A stretch of 64,000 nucleotides of DNA from Octopus vulgaris (lineage: Eukaryota). A program made the position numbers and the translations under genes. The stretch is from NCBI GenBank assembly GCA_951406725.2, contig OX597822.1, positions 74,648,001 through 74,712,000 on the forward strand, given 5' to 3'. A model generated the notes under the pieces. The model was given only the letters and a program-made list of their open reading frames with translations, searched no databases and had not been told where the DNA came from. Shown piece after piece: positions 1 to 13,747 of this stretch (its first letter is position 1; every line of letters begins with the position of its first letter).

Positions 1-1549
1 TGTCCCCACCAACATCACTTGATAACCGATGCTGGTGTATTTACGTCCCCAATAACTTAGCGATTCGGCAAAAGAAACCGATAGAATAAGTACTAGGCTT
101 ACAAAGAAGTCCTGGGGTTGATTTGCTCGACTAAAGGCAGTGCTCCAGCATGGCCAGTCAAATGACTAAAACAAGTATAAGAGAGTAAAAGAGAAGTGGT
201 TGTATGCTAGAATATGTGAGGTTAAAGTATGACAGAGGACAAGAACAGGTGTCTTGTGGTGGGGGAAGTACATGGTCACCACTCCATTTGGAAAAGAAAC
301 AGGATGGTGGAGAAGATGTGTCAGAGTAAAATATATAAAAGGGTCACATGTTGATAAGATAAAAAAAATATGGAAAATAAATTACTGCTCAAAATTTATC
401 TTCTGCTGATTAAAAATAATTTGCTATAGTCATTCTGTTTTACTCAATCTAATAACTAATTCTCACCATGTGTTATGCTCTGAATATGCTTAGATGACTA
501 AGTGGATTTGGTCACAGCTACTGATCATGACAATGATGGTAATAACAACAATGGAGTTACTGACCTGTGGAAATTACTGGTATCAAATCAAATTCCCATT
601 CATAATGAAATGGGCAGCAAAGGACATTTCAGTTTTTCCCTCATTTTGTTTACACAATGATACATCTGAGAGATAAACAAAAAACAACAGATATAACAGT
701 TTCAAATTTTGGTACGAGGCCAGCAATTTTGTGGAGAGGGGCTAAGTCAATAATTACATCAACCCCAGTGTCTGACTGCTACTTATTTTATCGATTCCTA
801 AATGATGAAAAGCACAGTTGATCTAGGTGGTGTTTCAAATTAGAATGTAAAGAACTGGAAGAAATGCTGCCAGCATTTTGTGTGCCAATGATTCTGCTAG
901 CTCATCACATTAATAATTTATTTATCATTTCAAGCCTAGCCAGGCTCATGGGCCCGGTTTCTGTGGCGTATGTGTTCCCCCCCAGCTGGACGAGACACCA
1001 GTCCATCGCAGCGTTACTCAAAAAACAGGAAGAAAGAGTGAAAGTTGGGGTGAAAGAGTAGAATAGGGGTTGCCACCACCCACTGCCGGAGCCTCATGGA
1101 GCTTTTAGGTGTTTTTGCTCAATAAACACACACAACGCCCGATCTGGGAATCGAAACCATGATCCTCCAATCGAGAGTCTGCTGCCCTAACTACTAGGCT
1201 ATTGCGCTCCCATCACATTAATTACAGATATGATAGAATACAGATAAAAAGGGAACATGATGGATTAGAGAAAATGACATTTACATAGATCAGTTGCAGG
1301 ACCAAACCCCTCAAATAATGGAGCTAGCACTGAGGAAAAGGGTGTCCTACATCAATACAGAAACATAGCTATCTCAGATGGGAGAGAGAGAGAGAGAGCA
1401 AATAGGAATGCTGAAAGTGATAGAGAGGAAGATAGGGGGAATGAAAGACAGTGACAGAGGTTAAGAGAGCAAGAGAAACACAGATCACAAAGAAGAAAGA
1501 GGAGTGAGAGAGGAAGAGGGAGAGGTTTATAATAAGTATATCTGTAATA

Positions 1550-1822
1550 CAGTTCTACGCCATATACCTACGGGCATATGGGGTAGTGGTTAAGAGCGCG
1601 GGCTACTAGCCCCAAGATTCCGAGTTCAATTCTAGGCAGTGACCTGAATAATAATAATGATAATAATAATAACAACAACAACATTGAAAAATACATTAGG
1701 AATGAGAACCCAGGTTCAAAATTTCAACAAGACACCTGATGAAGGTTGGAGGGTATATCAGCCGAAATGTTGTGTTAACAACAAACAAGATGAGGACAAA
1801 TATCTGTCAAATGTACATAATG
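1550..1822 (+). mobile_element. tRNA(Arg)-derived SINE with 3' hammerhead motif, copy 1
   Basis: A/B boxes, (AAT)n/(AAC)n linker, CTGATGA..GAAA at 1736-1767; TSD TATAT(C/T)TGTAATA at 1537-1549 and 1823-1835. Confidence 0.85.
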
Positions 1823-3026
1823 TATATTTGTAATATCTTGCTATCGCAACTCATTATTGCCTCTGTATCTGAAACAGGAGAGAGAGAGAGAGAGAGAGAG
1901 AGCTGGTTAAGATCTGATGGGGTAGGGAGTGAAGGGGCCATACACTTGAGTTACATTGAGGTGTATATAGTGAAGTGGGCCAGGGAATGGAGAGGGTGAG
2001 TGAGTGGTGGTGAGGATGTCTCTGCTTAGTGTTGGCTGTCGGAAGCGAGTACTTGAGACCAGAGTAGAGATTAATGATATTTTTACTTGGATTGCATCAG
2101 TCTCTTGCTATTCTGATTATTGCCAATGTGTGCACAGGGTCTTCAGGTAAATTACAACTGAAGAGTCTGTGCATCCACAGGTGAAACCCAGAACAGTAAG
2201 AGACTGACTCAAACAAGACACACACACATACATGTACGTATGATGGGCTTCTTTTAGTTTTTATCTACTAAATCCACTCTCAAAGCTTTGAATGGCCTGA
2301 GGCTATAGTAGAAAACAACTGCCCAGGTTGCACGCAGTGGGACTGTACCTGGAACCATGTGGTCGGGAAGCAATTTTCTTACCATACAGCCATGCCTATA
2401 TATATACAATAATAATAATAATAATTATGATAAAAAGTAACAACAAAAGAATGAGACCTCGATATTAGAGAAATAGAGGATTATATGTTGTTTGTTCTAA
2501 GTTATATATATATATATGATGATGATCTTGTTCTTGCCAGATCGCTTCTTTTGTCTTTTGATGTGTGACACATGTTCTTTCACATTTCTTACTCATTCCT
2601 GTTTATTTTGTTATTTTTTTTTATTTCTATGTATATGTTGTTTTCTTTTTTTTCGCTTTACTAATTAAAATTAAGGGGAAAATGTGGGATGGACAGAGAG
2701 AGACATGTTAATTCATGTGTGTGTGTATAAGCATGCATATATATATATATATATATATATATGTCATCATCATCATCGTTTAACGTCTGCTTTCCATGCT
2801 AGCATGGGTCGGACGGTTCAACTGAGGTCTGGGAAGCCAGAAGGCTGCACCAGACCCAGTCTGATCTGGCAGTGTTTCTACAGCTGGATGCCCTTCCTAA
2901 CGCCAACCACTCCGTGAGTGTAGTGGGTGCTTTTACGTGCCAGACGAGGCTGACAAACGGCCACGATCGGATAGTGTTTTTTATGTGCCTGGCAATGGCC
3001 ATGATCGGATGGTTCTCTTACGTGTC

Positions 3027-3058
<32 letters not shown>

Positions 3059-3435
3059 TACATACACAAATATATGAAATCACCATCATACATAGACATA
3101 CTTCAGTCTCTGGCCCAGAGGTACATCATCTCTTCTCTTGGTCTTTTCGACTGCTACTATAATGGCCTCTGCTCCTCACAGCTGTCTTGATTTATTTCAC
3201 TTCCATTCAGCAGTTCTCCTCCTACTTATCACTTTTTCTCCCACCACCAATAATTATTTCCCCAGCAAGTCCCGTGCAGTAATAACTTGAACATATAAAG
3301 TGTTCACAATGGCAATAACCAGTGTATTATTTCCTTATCTGATATACACATCTGTCAAATTATTTCCTATTCTATATAAAACAAAAAAAATTTCTTGAGC
3401 CCAAGGACTCACAAAGCCAGTTACATATAAGTGAA

Positions 3436-3770
3436 GGTGCATGGCTCAGTGGTTAGAGCGTCGAGCTTATGATCATGAGGTAGTGAGTTCGAATCCTGGA
3501 CTGGGCTGTGAGTTGTGTCCTTGAGCAAGATACTATATTTCATATTGCTCCAGTTAACTCAGCTGTAGAAATGAGTTACGACATCACTGGTGCCAAGCTG
3601 TATCATGGCCCTTATCTTTCCCTTAGATAATATCAGTGGCGTAGAGAAGGGAGGATGGTATGCATGGGTGGACTGCTGGTTCTCCATAAACAACCTTGCC
3701 CGGACTTGTGCCTTGGAGGGTAACTTCCTAGGTGCAATCCTATGGTCATTCATGACCGAAGGGGGTCACC
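3436..3770 (+). mobile_element. tRNA-derived SINE, third family (relatives 40728-41060, 52445-52745, 54540-54860, 62740-63070)
   Basis: TGGCTCAGTGG and GTTCGAATCC boxes; TTGAGCAAG..CTCAGCTGTAGAAATGAG body. Confidence 0.85.
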
Positions 3771-6695
3771 CTCACCCATTATAACATATAAGTGATGAAG
3801 ATCATAACATTGCCCTGAATGGGATACCAGTTTGTTTTGAGGGGAGGGAGACAAGTTGACTATATCACTCCCAAATTTCTTGGTACTTGATTGTTTGGTA
3901 CTTTATTTTATCGACCCTTGAGATATTAAAGGTAAAGTTGATTTTGGCAAGATTTGAACTCAAAACGTAATTTTAAAAAATGGTGCTTAGGTGTGGCAAG
4001 AAGTTTTCTTCCCAACCACATGGTCCTGGGTTCAGTCCCACTGCATAGCACTTTGGTTAAGTGTCTTCTACTATAGTCTCAGGTCAATCAAAGCCTTGTG
4101 AGTGAACTTAGTAGACGGAAACTGAAAGACACACATGCATAGATATATGTACATATACACGACAAGCTTCTTTCAGTTTTCGTCTACCGAATCCATTCAC
4201 AAGGCTTTGGTTAGCCCCAAAATATATTTATGCTTCATCCATAACTGTTAGTCTGACAAAATATATTTTGTTTCACTCATGGTTCTTCAGGATTTTATTC
4301 ACTCTCAGACTTATTTTTGAGTACATTATTCTAAGTGGCTTCTTTTGAACTTGTTACCTCAAGAAAACATCAGGCATGGCTGTGTGGTAAGAAGCTTGCT
4401 TCCCAGTGACATGGTTCCAGGTTCAGTCCCACTGCATGGCACCTTGGGCAAGTGTCTCCCACAATAACCTTGGGCTAACCAAAGCCTTGTGAATGGATTT
4501 GGTAGACGGAAACTGAAAGAAGCTTGTCGTGTATATGTACATATATCTATGTATGTGTGTCTTTGTTTGTCCCCCAACACACCTGCGCCATCGCTTGACA
4601 ACTAATGTTGATGTGTTTATGTCCCCGAAAGCGGTTCAGCAACATAGACCAATAGAATAAGTACTAGGCTTACAATGAATAAGTCCCGGGTCGATTTCTT
4701 CGACCAAAGGCGGTACTCTCGCATGGCTGCAGTCAAATGACTGAAGCATGTAAAAGAGTATACATGCACACACATAGATATACATGCATGGTTCTATGGT
4801 TAAGAAGTTTGCTTTCCAATCATGTGATTCTGGCTTCAGTACCATTGTATGAAGCCCTGGTCCAGTGTCTTCAGCTATAGCCCCAGATTGACCAAAGACA
4901 TGAGTGGAATTGGTAGACGGAAAGTGAAAGAAGCACATCGTATATATGTGTGACGTTTGTTTCCAATCCTCCATGAAAACATGTTTAGCTATGTGGAAAT
5001 ATCACTTTGCTTAGAAAAACAAGATAGAGTTGGCAACAGAACGGCTTGAAAACCTGCTTCCACAAAATCCGTCTGATCAATACAAACATGGAAAAGTGGA
5101 CGTTAAAACAACGACGATGACTATAATCACAAACACAACTTGTATTATTATTAAGTCCAGTTTTCAATGACTAAGTTGGATACATACTTATTTGAAGTGG
5201 TATTTTAGGATCGGATGCTTTCCCTGTTATCGCCCTTGACCTGTGTGTCAAGTAAGGGGATTCTTTTTTATTTCTAAAGCACTGAGCTACAGAACATAAT
5301 ATTTATTCACTGGCAATATAAACCTGCCAGCACTGTTTTGAGAAGGAAACCTTCGTTCACGACAGAAAACTACCATGGCAGTAATTGTGACGAGCGATTT
5401 GAAGGAACTATAGGGGTTTGAAACTGTTCAGATGACAGTTAATGCGCATCGAGTAGAACTGTGTCGAAAAATGAAGTTCGCTCGGATTTCAAGTCGAAAG
5501 GGGAAGAAAGAGATATGCGAACAGAATGAGTCAAAGAGAGAATGAATGAGCAGAAGATGGAGAAAGAAAAAGAAAGCAAAAAAGATCCCATAATTTTATT
5601 CTGTAATTCTAAATTTAAAAATAAACACAAAATGTATTGCATTCGTGTTCTTAAGATCTTTCGCTTCGTGGATTAGGAGAGATTATTTATACAACTTGCG
5701 AAAATGCCCAATTCAGGCCATATTTTGCAGTGTGTGTGTGTGTGTGTGTATGCGTGCGTGCGTGTGTCAACAGGGCTGATTATGAAATCTTAATTACTCT
5801 CGATAAGAGAATATTTTTGGTTTATAGAAGAGAAAGCTAGAATATGTTGTGATGCCCGTACCTCACCAGCCACAAAGACATTAACGACATAAAATGTCCC
5901 ACGGTGAAGTGGAGTGGATTAGGATCCAGGTCGAGAATCGAAACTGACAAGTAGTCTCAACTTGCTGGTAATTTTATCTCTTACATCAAGTAACTGCTTA
6001 ATATACCCACCCCATATAAAGTGGAATCGGTTGCCATGGGAAGGAGGCTGCCTGTTACAAAGATGAGTAATCAAAAAGTGAACTTTGTATTTAATAGCGG
6101 AGGAATATTAAAAACGAAACACTCGTTAAATATGCAGAAAGCAAAAGATTTAATGGCTCGGCGCTTTTATGCATTTCAGAGTCAGAATTTAGAAATATGT
6201 ATTTTGGACATAGGAACAACTTGAACGAGGAGAAACATGTAATTCTAAATGGAATCAACAATAACGAGAAGGAAGAAAATAAAATAGAAAAAATAATAAA
6301 AACCATAAAGACAACCGACATGGTCAGAAGTGAAAGTTACAATGTATTGTACCGGTGTCTGAAATTGATTAACAATATAATTACGATCACAACATACACA
6401 CACGCACATACACATATAGATGTGGACAGATACACATACACACAAACAGCCGCACTAATTAGTAAATAGCAACAAGACTCAAGATTAAGTCACACACATA
6501 CGCATGTATAAATACAATAGTGGCTTTTTACTATGATCGTATGATCGATCGAGCAAATTTATATATTATATATTTAAACAAGATCGATACACACACACAC
6601 ATATATATTATTCAACACATACACAATGTGCTTTGCTTGTTCGCCATATACATTACACATACATGTGCGTATATAATGTTTATCTTCTAACAGAA

Positions 6696-7072
<377 letters not shown>

Positions 7073-7261
7073 TTCATTCTGAGAAAAAGCGAACTTCAAA
7101 ATAATTTTTTGAGCAGTTATATTTTATGTTAAAAACATATATGGTTTTAATAATGTGCAAGATTATAGGATAAAACAGATTCTAAGGATTAACTAAATCA
7201 ATAATAAAATATATAAAAACTAATATTAAATGTAACTAAAAGAAATCATATATATAAATAA

Positions 7262-7310
<49 letters not shown>

Positions 7311-8013
7311 TATCATAACATTTACATCCGATTTGGCAGCGAGGGACAGAAGGAATTCAGAGTTTGATTTAGATGAGATAATCTATGAGAGAGTCTGACA
7401 ATAGATACAGAAAATAAACGCTAAAGTGCACCACACCCTTGGAATATAAAATTCAGCATTATATCTGTGGTTCAACACAAGTATTTAGATATCTAGGAAT
7501 ATATATAAATATAGTGCAATATATATAAAAAAAAGGCAAACAGCCGTCAAAACCAAATATAGGAATGTTACCTCAATGTACGCGAACCACCTTGCATGTT
7601 GTGTATATATATATATGTGTGTGTTTGTGTGTGTACTAGAATGTATGGATATGTGTGCGTGAGAGTATGTACATGTGTTTATGTGTATGTATGTTTGTGT
7701 GTGTATCTGTAAAGAGCTTGGAAGGAAAAACCCCCGAGATGGAGATGGAGTGACATCAGATTGCACCGGATGAATTTAACATTAGCTTTTAGGCCGGCGT
7801 CAAGGGAAGTAATTCTCTTGTAAAAATCTATAAACTATGGGGAACATCTACGCTAAAGTGAATACACACACATCTATCTATCTATCTTCTTTTTTTTGAT
7901 TCTTTTGTTTTTTGTTTTTTGTTTTTTTTTTTTTTTTTTCATCCCCCAAAAGAAAAGCTCTACCTTGTAACTTGTCCCATCTGTGTGCAGCCCTGTATGG
8001 CTAATAAAGAAAC

Positions 8014-8090
<77 letters not shown>

Positions 8091-8120
8091 CATCCATCTA
8101 TCTGTCTATCTATCTGTTTA

Positions 8121-8205
<85 letters not shown>

Positions 8206-8258
8206 ATGTATGTCTATCTGTCTGTCTATCTATCTCTCTGTCTCTGTCTGTCTGTTTA

Positions 8259-8291
<33 letters not shown>

Positions 8292-8427
8292 ATGTCTGTC
8301 TGTCTATCTGTCTGTTTATCTATCTATCTATCTTTCTGTCTGTATATATATATATATATATATATGCAGGTTCCCTGATTTTTCTTATTTTTTGAGCTTT
8401 ACAACCCCTCTCTCTCTCTATCTCTCT

Positions 8428-8932
8428 CCCTACCTCTACCCTGAATTCTTCCCTGTACTTGTTGCCAACCCTTACTGACAGCATCCCTGTATATGGCTTG
8501 CACAGCTCTCACTAACTATTCATCTATCCCTAGTTTCCTCATTGACCACCAGATAAGGGATCGGGGGACTCTGTCAAAGGCTTTCTCCATATCAATGAAA
8601 GCCAGGTACAGGGGTTTATCTTTGGCTAGGTATTTCTCCTGCAGCTGTCTTACCAGAAATATAGCATCAGTGGTGCTTTTCCCTGGCACGAACCCAAACT
8701 GCATCTCATCTAAATTTACTCTCTCCCTAATCAGTAGGGCTATGACCCTCTCTGTGACCTTCATTACCTGATCCAACAGCTTGATACCTCTGTAATTATT
8801 TGCATCTAAAGCATTACCTTTACCTTTGAAGTAGTTGACTATTATACTGCTACACCAGTCATTGGGTATGACTTCTTCGTGTATCACTTGGTTAACTATA
8901 CGGTTGACTAGGCTATAGCCAACACAGCCAGA
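8428..8932 (-). mobile_element. RTE-clade LINE reverse transcriptase fragment (continues at 10207-10238 beyond the mariner)
   Basis: IPNDW..KGKG..NYRGIKLL..QFGFVPGKSTTDAIF..AFIDMEKAFDRV motifs; contains a stop and a frameshift. Confidence 0.92.
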
Positions 8933-8934
8933 TA

Positions 8935-10204
8935 CGAGGGGCGTTCAATAAGTAATGCCCCTGACCCACTTCCTATAGCAGTAGAGCAACGACACTTGGC
9001 ACAGTTATTAGTCTTTTCCTACATAGGAACTACCCAGAGTTATGCATTTCTCCCATCGTTTGATACAGCTCTGGAGACCGTTTTTGTAGAAGACCCCAGC
9101 TTGGTCCTCCAACCACGACGTGACTTCAGAAATCAAGGCTGCATCATCTGGGAAACGCTTTCCTTTCAAAATCAACTTCATGGCTGGGAAGAGGTGAAAA
9201 TCAGAGGGTGCAAGGGGAGGAGTTCATAGCTGCACGCCTGTGGTTCTGATCTGGCGACACGTGAGTTGTGGACCGGAGCGTTGTCCTGCAGGAGGAGGAT
9301 GCCTTTGCTGATCTTGCCCCGTCTCTTGATTTTGATAGCTTCTCTTAATTTCCTCAAAAGTGAAGCATAATAGGCTCCTGTAATTGTGGTACCCTTTGCC
9401 AGGAAATCTGTCATCACTACTCCGTCCTGGTCCCAGAAAACTGTGAGCATAACCTTGTCAGCGGAGGGCTGCACCCTTGCCTTCTTTGGAGGAGGTGAGT
9501 CACAGTGCTTTCACTGCATTGACTGGGCTTTGGTCTATGGATCATAGTGATGGACCCAGGTTTTATCCTGTGTGATCAGTCTTTCGAAAAATTTTGACTC
9601 ATCTTCTTGGCACATCTCCAAATTCATCCTCGAGCACTCAACGCGTTCTTGCTTCTGGAAAGGTGTAAGCAACCTGGAAATCCATCTGGCAGACACCTTT
9701 TGCATATGCAAATGGTCATGAATGATAGTTTCCACAGACCCGGTACTAATCTTGACCTTATGGGCTATTTGGCGAATAGTTATGCGTTGACCTTCCAAAA
9801 TGGCAGCCTCAACTTGACGGACAGACGTCTCATCAACGGCAGAAGGGGGCAACCAGATCTGGGAGCTGTTTCCACAGAGTTCCGACTATGTTTGAATTCA
9901 CAATGCCAGCGTTTTACAAGGTCATATGATGGGGCATCATCACCATAAGTTACTTTCATTTCATCAAAAGTCTCCCGTGGTGTGCGTCCTTTCAAATACA
10001 AAAACCAGGTCACTGCTCGACACTCAACAGGCTCCATTTCACACTTGACTCAGTTCAAACACCTGTAAATCAGAAACCACAATTAGTTCAGAGCTGTAAT
10101 TCGCCACTTAATCTATAGAGGTATAAATAAGTGCACATGCAAAATTCCAGCTAGATCAAACAACTGCAAGTGGGTCAGGGGCATTACTTATTGAACGCCC
10201 CTCG
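8935..10204 (-). mobile_element. Full-length mariner (Tc1/mariner) transposon, transposase frameshifted
   Basis: 37-bp perfect TIRs CGAGGGGCGTTCAATAAGTAATGCCCCTGACCCACTT, TA TSD, 1270 bp; transposase pieces with TQDKTW, VFWD and QDNAP motifs. Confidence 0.96.
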
Positions 10205-10237
10205 TATTTTGAGCATCTCTGCAGTAATTCTTGATGG

Positions 10238-10457
10238 GAATGAATGGGAGAAAGAGAGTCTGCCGAATGTTGATCCAACAGAGGGACCAGCTATCCGAGT
10301 TGACAGTACCTTGGTAGATAAAGCAGTTAAAAGTATGAAGACAGGGCAAGCCCCTGGCCCATCAGGAATTACTGTAGAGATGCTCAAAATATCTGACAGT
10401 GTTGGCTATAGCCTAGTCACCTGTATAGCTAACCAGGTGATACATGAAGGAGTCATA
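10238..10457 (+). mobile_element. RTE LINE fragment inverted relative to the 8428-10238 piece
   Basis: MKTGQAPGPSGITVEMLK...NQVIHEGVI, the region just upstream of and overlapping the minus-strand RT piece. Confidence 0.88.
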
Positions 10458-10500
10458 TGTATGATGATGATAGTGAGCATGATACTCATACACAAATATT

Positions 10501-10550
<50 letters not shown>

Positions 10551-11337
10551 CTCATGTATGCATGTGTATATATATATATATATATATATGTAATTAATGA
10601 TTATTCCAAATTAATTAATTTCACCCTATATTGTTGCTGATAACTATATATATATATATATATGGTTATTATGTGGTTAACTCTTTATATCTATATTATT
10701 ATCTAACTATCTATACACACACATGCATCTTCCCCTATGTCTCCGTTTTTCTCTCTCATTGCTCACACATGACCACCATCCATCTTTCTTTTCCTTATGT
10801 GATCATCTTTCTTTCCTTTCAGGACTGTCCTAAGGACTGGACGAATCCTATCCCTCTCTTCCACCTTTTCTTTTGTCAAAGTAAATATTTCTCCAGCGTT
10901 CGCTATTTTACCCTCGTTTTGGTCTAATGACCCTCCATGTTTGTTTTCTTCGATTTCCTTGTATGTCCCCACCGTCCTGTTTTTGTTCCCAATTTTGACC
11001 CTCCATAAATTCCAAATTTTATTTTTGTACTTATGGGAGCAACAGTCTTCGAAGTCTCATAGGAGTAGATAGACAGCCGACAACTGATGAAAGGTTGTTC
11101 TTTAAGTTACTTGTCCTGTTTTCCATTTGTTTCTCACATTGCTTGCACATTGAACTCATTTGTTTTCGTAATTTATGTTGTTTACTGTTGGTGACGTCCT
11201 GTACCCATATATGCCTATGTATATATATGGTATGTCATCAGATCCCAAAACCTAGGTTTTTGGAACCTTTTATGGACCCTTAGGCCAACAGATTTTGGGA
11301 ACCCTTTATGGATAGGAAACCTGAGGTAATCCCATAA

Positions 11338-11392
<55 letters not shown>

Positions 11393-11402
11393 CATATGCA
11401 TA

Positions 11403-11439
<37 letters not shown>

Positions 11440-11512
11440 TGATAAAACGGTAAGATAACAAAAGAAAGAAAGAGACCTCAATATTATGTAAATAGAGGAA
11501 ATTTATCTATAC

Positions 11513-11699
11513 AATATGTTACATTACTCGGTAGTCAAGATAAAACTCTGAGTTTCAGATGCCGAAGTGGAAATCCACAACACCATCTCTTCGGTTATCT
11601 GGCTATTTCTATAGCCAGATAACCGAAGAGATGGTGTTGTGGATTTCCACTTCGGCATCTGAAACTCAGAGTTTTATCTTGACTACCGAGTAATGTAAC

Positions 11700-11704
<5 letters not shown>
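11513..11704. repeat. Perfect inverted repeat, 94-bp arms with 4-nt loop
   Basis: 11513-11606 is the exact reverse complement of 11611-11704. Confidence 0.97.
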
Positions 11705-11746
<42 letters not shown>

Positions 11747-11811
11747 GACGCCATGATAGATCGTTAGCTCCTACACGCATTTTTTTTCACTCCTTGTTTC
11801 TTTTCTGTGTA

Positions 11812-11849
11812 TCTTTCTGTTGAAGAGCATAGGCTCGAAACGTAAAAGA
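11812..11849 (+). ncRNA. Variant minimal hammerhead motif
   Basis: TCTTT-CTGTTGA-A-GAGC-ATAG-GCTC-GAAA-CG-TA-AAAGA; core has A6>U. Confidence 0.5.
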
Positions 11850-11939
11850 CTTTTTCTATTTCTATTCGCTATACTAATACATTTGTTTGTTTGTACTCCA
11901 CCTGCCTTCGTCTTTTGTTTATTTTTGTAAACCTTCCCG

Positions 11940-11974
<35 letters not shown>

Positions 11975-13161
11975 AATGTATATATTTGTGTGTCTGTGTT
12001 TGTCACCCCCCCACCATCACTTGACAACCGATGTTGATGTGTTTACATCCCCGTAACTTAGTGGTTAGGTAAAAGAGACTGATAGAATGAGTACTAAGCT
12101 TACAAAGAATAAGTCCTGGGATTGGTTTCTTCGACTAACACCTTTTAAGGTGGTGCTCCAGCATGGTTGCGGCCAAGTGGCTGAAACCAGTAAAAGAATA
12201 GAAGAATAAAATATATATTTTTAAATGCGTGTGTGTGTGTACGTGTGTGTGTGTGTGTGTGTGTGTAATTATATTTAATTTTGCTGTGAAAGTAGGCTCT
12301 CTGGTTAACTCATTTAGGTTTCAGCAAGGCTTAATTTCACAGTGAGACTAATTATGTGTTAATTAAACTTGTGACTCTGCCTTATATATTTGTTAATCCT
12401 CTGCTTAACCGGATATACTATTTCTGGTAATTTTCAAGTGTTTTTGTGTAAAATCCCAATTCTGTTTAAAATAATGTTACACTATTGTATTAAGGGAAAT
12501 GAAGATATTTTAGTTGAATGTAAAATGACACCAACACTATATTCTTTTGCTGTGGAGTTGTAATGGCCCAGTGGTTAGGGCAGCGAACTCATGATCATAG
12601 GATCGCGGTTTCGATTCCCAGATCGGGCGTTGTGAGTGTTTATTGAGTGAAAACACTTAAAGCTCCATGGGGCTCCAGCAGGGGGTGGCAGTGAACTCTG
12701 CTGTATTATAATAGATCAGGATTCACATGAATCAGGTACTTATATGATAAGGCATCATGTCAGGTCAAGAAGTAAATTGTGTACCTAACAAAAACAGAGG
12801 AATACGCAAGCAGATACCAAATTACTGGCAGTAGGATAATTAGGTTATGTATATGATTAACTGTACCCGACTGAGTATATCAATAGCCTTGAGGCTAATC
12901 AAGAAACACACTTTGTACTAAATGTACGGTCTATAATATAGCAGGTTCTGAAAGAGATGAATAATAAATGAATGAATAACAAGGGATGGATTATGTGTCA
13001 ATTCACTACAGCTGTTTCCAACAAATTTGATTATTGGAAATATTACATCATAGAAAAAAATCATTTTCATCATGTGAATTAGTTACCCTTGCTGGTCATA
13101 GAATCATGAAGATGCACATCCTGTTGGATTTTGAATGTTTTTGAATTTTGTGATTCACGTG

Positions 13162-13246
13162 TTCACCTGACGAAATGGGTTTTTTTCATAATGGCGTAAT
13201 GTCTCCATCAATCATTTAAAAATTCATTGGAAACAACGGTTGTGAA
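13162..13246 (+). ncRNA. Hammerhead motif in Penelope-like fragment
   Basis: TTCAC-CTGACGA-AATG...CATT-gGAAA-CAACGG-TT-GTGAA; inverted partial copy at about 12960-13025 reads GAAACAGCTGTA-GTGAA. Confidence 0.55.
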
Positions 13247-13284
13247 TTGACACATAATCCATCTGTTATTTATTCATATACATG

Positions 13285-13330
<46 letters not shown>

Positions 13331-13464
13331 GTCAGGTCGCTTGTGAGTGCTGCTGGTAACATGGCACTTTGATTAAATGTCTTCTACTTCAGCTCTGAGC
13401 CAACGAACGTCTTGCAAGTGGATTTTGTACACAGAAACTGAAAAACAGCCTATCATATATATAT

Positions 13465-13692
13465 GCCGCGAGCTGGCGGAAACGTTAGCACGCCGGGCGA
13501 AATGCTTAGCAGTATTTCGTCTGTCGTTACGTTCTGAGTTCAAATTCCGCCGAGGTCGACTTTGCCTTACATCCTTTCGGGGTCGATAAATAAAGTACCA
13601 GTTTCGCACTGGGGTCGATGTAATCGACTTAATCCGTTTGTCTGTCCTTGTTTGTCCCCTCTATGTTTAGCCCCTGTGGGTAGTAAAGAAAT
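13465..13692 (+). mobile_element. tRNA-derived SINE with Meta-like central domain (young, CpG-intact copy; many relatives, e.g. 24955-25181, 26600-27320, 31690-32275, 53995-54205, 61650-62080)
   Basis: A/B boxes followed by TTTGCCTT(T)CATCCTTTCGGGGTCGATAAA..GTACCAG. Confidence 0.85.
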
Positions 13693-13704
13693 ATATATAT
13701 ATAT

Positions 13705-13747
<43 letters not shown>

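Noticed and set aside
3436-3510. Functional tRNA genes at SINE heads (also 12570, 29100, 61165)
   Set aside because: A/B boxes present, but acceptor stems are broken and each continues into a SINE body
6021-6469. Overlapping + strand ORFs in non-repetitive sequence
   Set aside because: No recognisable motifs, AT-rich composition, and no consistent splice pattern
8996-10037. Active transposase or domesticated SETMAR-like gene
   Set aside because: Coding region is split over three frames with a damaged YSPDL motif and is bounded by TIRs
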